DNA of 64,000 nucleotides. It comes from Bdellovibrionia bacterium. GTDB taxonomy: Bacteria; Bdellovibrionota; Bdellovibrionia; Bdellovibrionales; JAGQZY01. Under the pieces are notes generated by a model, which was not told where the DNA came from, searched no databases, and worked only from the letters and a program-made list of their open reading frames with translations. The stretch covers positions 15,543 through 79,542 of the forward strand of contig JAUHWH010000010.1 of assembly GCA_030424715.1 (NCBI GenBank). The letters run 5' to 3'. Both the position numbers and the translations under genes were made by a program. Below are positions 61,085-64,000 of the stretch, piece after piece; positions within the stretch are counted from its first letter, which is position 1; every line of letters begins with the position of its first letter.

Positions 61085-62149
61085 ATGGCAAATTACCCCT
61101 TTGAAGGAAAAAAGCTGATGACTCCGGGCCCAGTGCCCATGCCCGAAGCCGTTAAACAGAGTCTGGCCCGCTACGAGTGTCATCATCGCACCCCTGAATT
61201 TGCAGAGATTCTCGAGCGAGTTTTTGTCAACCTCAAGCCGGTGTTCCAAACCAAGCAGCATTGTTACATGTTGGCGGCCACGGGCACAGGTGGTCTTGAG
61301 GCCGCTATGGTGAACACACTGAGCACTCAGAAAAAGTCTTTGTTTATCAACGCCGGTAAGTTTGGTGAGCGCTGGGGGAAGCTGGCGAAAGCCTATGGTC
61401 TGCCTTTCGATGAGATTGTGGTCCCGTGGGGTGAAGACATTCCGTTGGATAAAGTTCGCGAAAAGTTGCAGGCCTACGATTATCAAGCCCTTGGATTTCA
61501 AGCTTGCGAAACCAGTACTGGTGCGCTGCTGCCAGTGCGGGACTTGGCACAAATCTGTCAAGAGACTGACACGCTTTCCGTAGTCGATGGTATCACCGCT
61601 TTAGGAGCGGTGTCTTTGCCCATGGATGACTGGGGTCTTGATGTTGTCGTCGGTGGTTCCCAAAAAGCCTTTATGCTACCCACGGGAATGACATTCTTGT
61701 CTCTTTCAGAGAAAGCAGAACAGGAGCAGTCCGACATCCCCAGCTACTACTTCAATTTGGCCGCAGAAAAAAAAGCCAATCAAGAAGGTAAGACTCGCTA
61801 TTCAACCCCGACCCACTTTGTGATCGCACTGGATATCGTGCTTGACGACATTTTAAATCGAGTGGGTTTTGCTGAGCACTTAAAGGGTATTGCAGAAAAA
61901 GCCCAGGTGTTTCGTGACAACGTCTCTTTACCTTTGTTCCCAAAAACAGCCAGTGCGTCCCTTTCTTGTTTGAGTGTCCCCGCTGGCTTGAGCGCTGTGG
62001 AAATTAAAAACAAAGTGTCTAAAAAAGGTTTTATAATCGTGGCGGGACAAGATCAGTTGCAGGACAAAGTCATTCGAGTGGGTCATATGGGCGCTATGGA
62101 CTCAGAAGATCTTATTCAAACGGCCCAAGCGATTGAATCTTGTCTATGA
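61085..62149 (+). CDS. Class V PLP aminotransferase (serine-pyruvate/alanine-glyoxylate type, likely SerC function)
   Basis: LMTPGPVP, HHRTPEF, ETSTG, VDGIT, GGSQKAFMLP, RVGHMG. Confidence 0.88.
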   Translation: MANYPFEGKKLMTPGPVPMPEAVKQSLARYECHHRTPEFAEILERVFVNLKPVFQTKQHCYMLAATGTGGLEAAMVNTLSTQKKSLFINAGKFGERWGKLAKAYGLPFDEIVVPWGEDIPLDKVREKLQAYDYQALGFQACETSTGALLPVRDLAQICQETDTLSVVDGITALGAVSLPMDDWGLDVVVGGSQKAFMLPTGMTFLSLSEKAEQEQSDIPSYYFNLAAEKKANQEGKTRYSTPTHFVIALDIVLDDILNRVGFAEHLKGIAEKAQVFRDNVSLPLFPKTASASLSCLSVPAGLSAVEIKNKVSKKGFIIVAGQDQLQDKVIRVGHMGAMDSEDLIQTAQAIESCL

Positions 62150-63114
62150 CCTCATCTCTCCCTTTGGTTCTGATTACGAACCGTTTTGACGATCATCTGC
62201 GCTTAAAGCTGCCACAAATAAAAGACGCTGACTGTCGCTACGTCTCGAACCTGACGAGTGAAACCGAATTACTGTCCAAGGCAACGGCTCTCGTCATTCG
62301 CACGTCCACTGTGATTGACAGAGATTTTTTAAAAAAAACGCCGCATTTGAAGTTTATTGTCACTGCAACCAGTGGCTTTGATCATATCGACCTCAAAGCC
62401 GCCGAAGCCAGTTCGATTGGCGTATTTCATGTACCCGAAACCCAAACCATAGCGGCCGCCGAGCTGACGATCGCCATGATTTTTAATTGTGCTCGCAAGC
62501 AAACCCTGGCCGCTCGTCAGTTGCAAAAAGGCGACTGGCAGCGCTCACTCTTGCTGGGGCGACAGATTCAAGGCTTAAACTTAGGCATTATCGGTTTTGG
62601 TCGGGTGGGCAGCGAAGTTGCCAGAAGGGCACAAGCTCTCGGCATGACCGTCTCCATTTACGACCCCTTTTTACAAAATGAGGTGCCCGAAGGTGTGACT
62701 CCGTTGGGTTTTGAAGAACTGATGCGAGCCTCCGATGTGGTGTCCCTGCATGTTCCCAAAACCAAGACCACTCGCCATATGATAAAAAAAGAGACCTTAG
62801 GGTGGCTCGACACATCAGCCATGCTGATCAATATGTCTCGCGGCGACGTGATCAACGAGACCGATCTTATTGAGCATCTGATCGAAAACCCAGAGTTCTC
62901 GGCAGGCCTTGATGTTTTTGCCAAAGAACCACTGGTCAAAAAGTCGCGCCTCCTTGAATTACCCAATGTATGGCTAACACCCCATATTGGCGCCAGTACC
63001 GAAGAGGCCCTGAAGAATTCTTCGTCCACCGCCTTGAACAAAGTTCTGGCGTTACTCAAAGGTGAGGCCGTTTCTGGGGCCTTGCCTCCTGACGCCCTCT
63101 GGTACGAGGGTTGA
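62146..63114 (+). CDS. serA: D-3-phosphoglycerate dehydrogenase-like D-2-hydroxyacid dehydrogenase (no ACT domain)
   Basis: GFDHID, GIIGFGRVG, SLHVP, INMSRG, LDVF..EP, TPHIGAST. Confidence 0.75.
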   Translation: MTSSLPLVLITNRFDDHLRLKLPQIKDADCRYVSNLTSETELLSKATALVIRTSTVIDRDFLKKTPHLKFIVTATSGFDHIDLKAAEASSIGVFHVPETQTIAAAELTIAMIFNCARKQTLAARQLQKGDWQRSLLLGRQIQGLNLGIIGFGRVGSEVARRAQALGMTVSIYDPFLQNEVPEGVTPLGFEELMRASDVVSLHVPKTKTTRHMIKKETLGWLDTSAMLINMSRGDVINETDLIEHLIENPEFSAGLDVFAKEPLVKKSRLLELPNVWLTPHIGASTEEALKNSSSTALNKVLALLKGEAVSGALPPDALWYEG

Positions 63115-63212
63115 CGGGCAGCGCCACGGGGCTTTTTATATGATTCCTCGCAGGAGTCTTGCTAGAACCAACCAAGTGTCACGATCATTAATCATTTAGA
63201 GAATGGATTTGT

Positions 63213-64000
63213 ATGTCTGCACTTATAGTTGTCGGGTCCCAGTGGGGGGACGAGGGTAAAGGAAAGCTTGTCGATGCCATGGCATCGCAAAGCGATGCGG
63301 TGGTCCGCTTTCAAGGTGGAGCCAACGCCGGTCACACCCTTATCGTTGATGGTCAGAAAACAGTTCTGCATCTTATTCCGTCTGGGGTTCTTCACAGTCA
63401 CGTCCGCTGCATTATCGGCAGTGGCGTCACCATGGATCCTTTTGAAATGGTCGAAGAGATCAACGGTTTGAAAAAAAATGGCTATCTTAGTAATGAATCA
63501 CAACTGTCGATCTCCGACGGAGCCTTGTTGGTGCTGCCTTTTCATCGGCAACTGGATAAAGCTCGCGAGGCCTGGAAAACCGGAACCAAGATCGGCACCA
63601 CCGGCCGTGGCATTGGCCCCTCTTACGAAGACCGAGCTTCGAGACGCGCCCTTTTGTTTCGTGATCTTTTCAGTAATGATTTAAAAGCCAAACTGACCGA
63701 AGCGATCGAAGAGAAGAATGTTCTTCTTACCAGTCTCTACGGCGAGCCGGCCATTGAACTTGAAACGACCTATAACCAATTGGTGGAAGTGGCTAAAGCT
63801 TTAAAGCCCTATCGTTGTGAAGATGTCAGCTTACAAGTCACAAGAATGATCGAAGCTGGTCAACGAGTGTTGTTTGAAGGCGCCCAAGGAGTTCTTTTAG
63901 ACAACTTTCATGGCACCTTTCCATTTGTGACCAGCTCTTCCACCGGAGCCGCCGCCGCTTGTCTGGGTGTTGGCGTCAGTCCAAAACATATCGGAAAAAT
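63213..64000 (+). CDS. purA: Adenylosuccinate synthetase (partial, runs off the window)
   Basis: MSALIVVGSQWGDEGKGK, RFQGGANAGHT, LHLIPSG, IGTTGRGIGP.Y, FEGAQG. Confidence 0.95.
   Translation, partial: MSALIVVGSQWGDEGKGKLVDAMASQSDAVVRFQGGANAGHTLIVDGQKTVLHLIPSGVLHSHVRCIIGSGVTMDPFEMVEEINGLKKNGYLSNESQLSISDGALLVLPFHRQLDKAREAWKTGTKIGTTGRGIGPSYEDRASRRALLFRDLFSNDLKAKLTEAIEEKNVLLTSLYGEPAIELETTYNQLVEVAKALKPYRCEDVSLQVTRMIEAGQRVLFEGAQGVLLDNFHGTFPFVTSSSTGAAAACLGVGVSPKHIGK

Overview
Gene-dense bacterial chromosomal window, most consistent with a Bdellovibrionota-like predator. This is inferred from the many orphan secreted proteins, [FY][QN]NC-type lipoprotein signals, sigma-28-like promoters and a mitochondrial-EF-G1-like fusA. 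It carries housekeeping genes (hppA, lpxD, tex, topA, prc, 2-oxoacid dehydrogenase E1 alpha/beta, pyrE, cutA, dcd, fusA, recQ, aat, slyD, pdxH, HIT, holA, lptE, a class V aminotransferase plus serA-like gene, partial purA) interleaved with secreted hypotheticals. I found no rRNA, tRNA, CRISPR array, integrase or transposase. The main finding is a compact operon at 28973-33603: PEGA/TPR lipoprotein, MotA, MotB, a single polypeptide resembling a FliF ring-building domain + TM helix + FliG M/C fusion, and an outer-membrane beta-barrel. It converges on a 1001-aa Ig/NHL surface lipoprotein, and no other flagellar gene lies in the window, so it is a candidate minimal non-flagellar rotary machine. 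Other observations: an 87-bp duplication of the lpxD 3' end flanking a pilin-like gene; a 295-bp doubly nested perfect inverted repeat; a lipoprotein with a eukaryote-like TSP1 repeat; a secreted protein with tandem IGF-like motifs; and recurring TCTCA-N3-TGAGA palindromes and FliA-like promoters. All assignments are by eye, without database searches.
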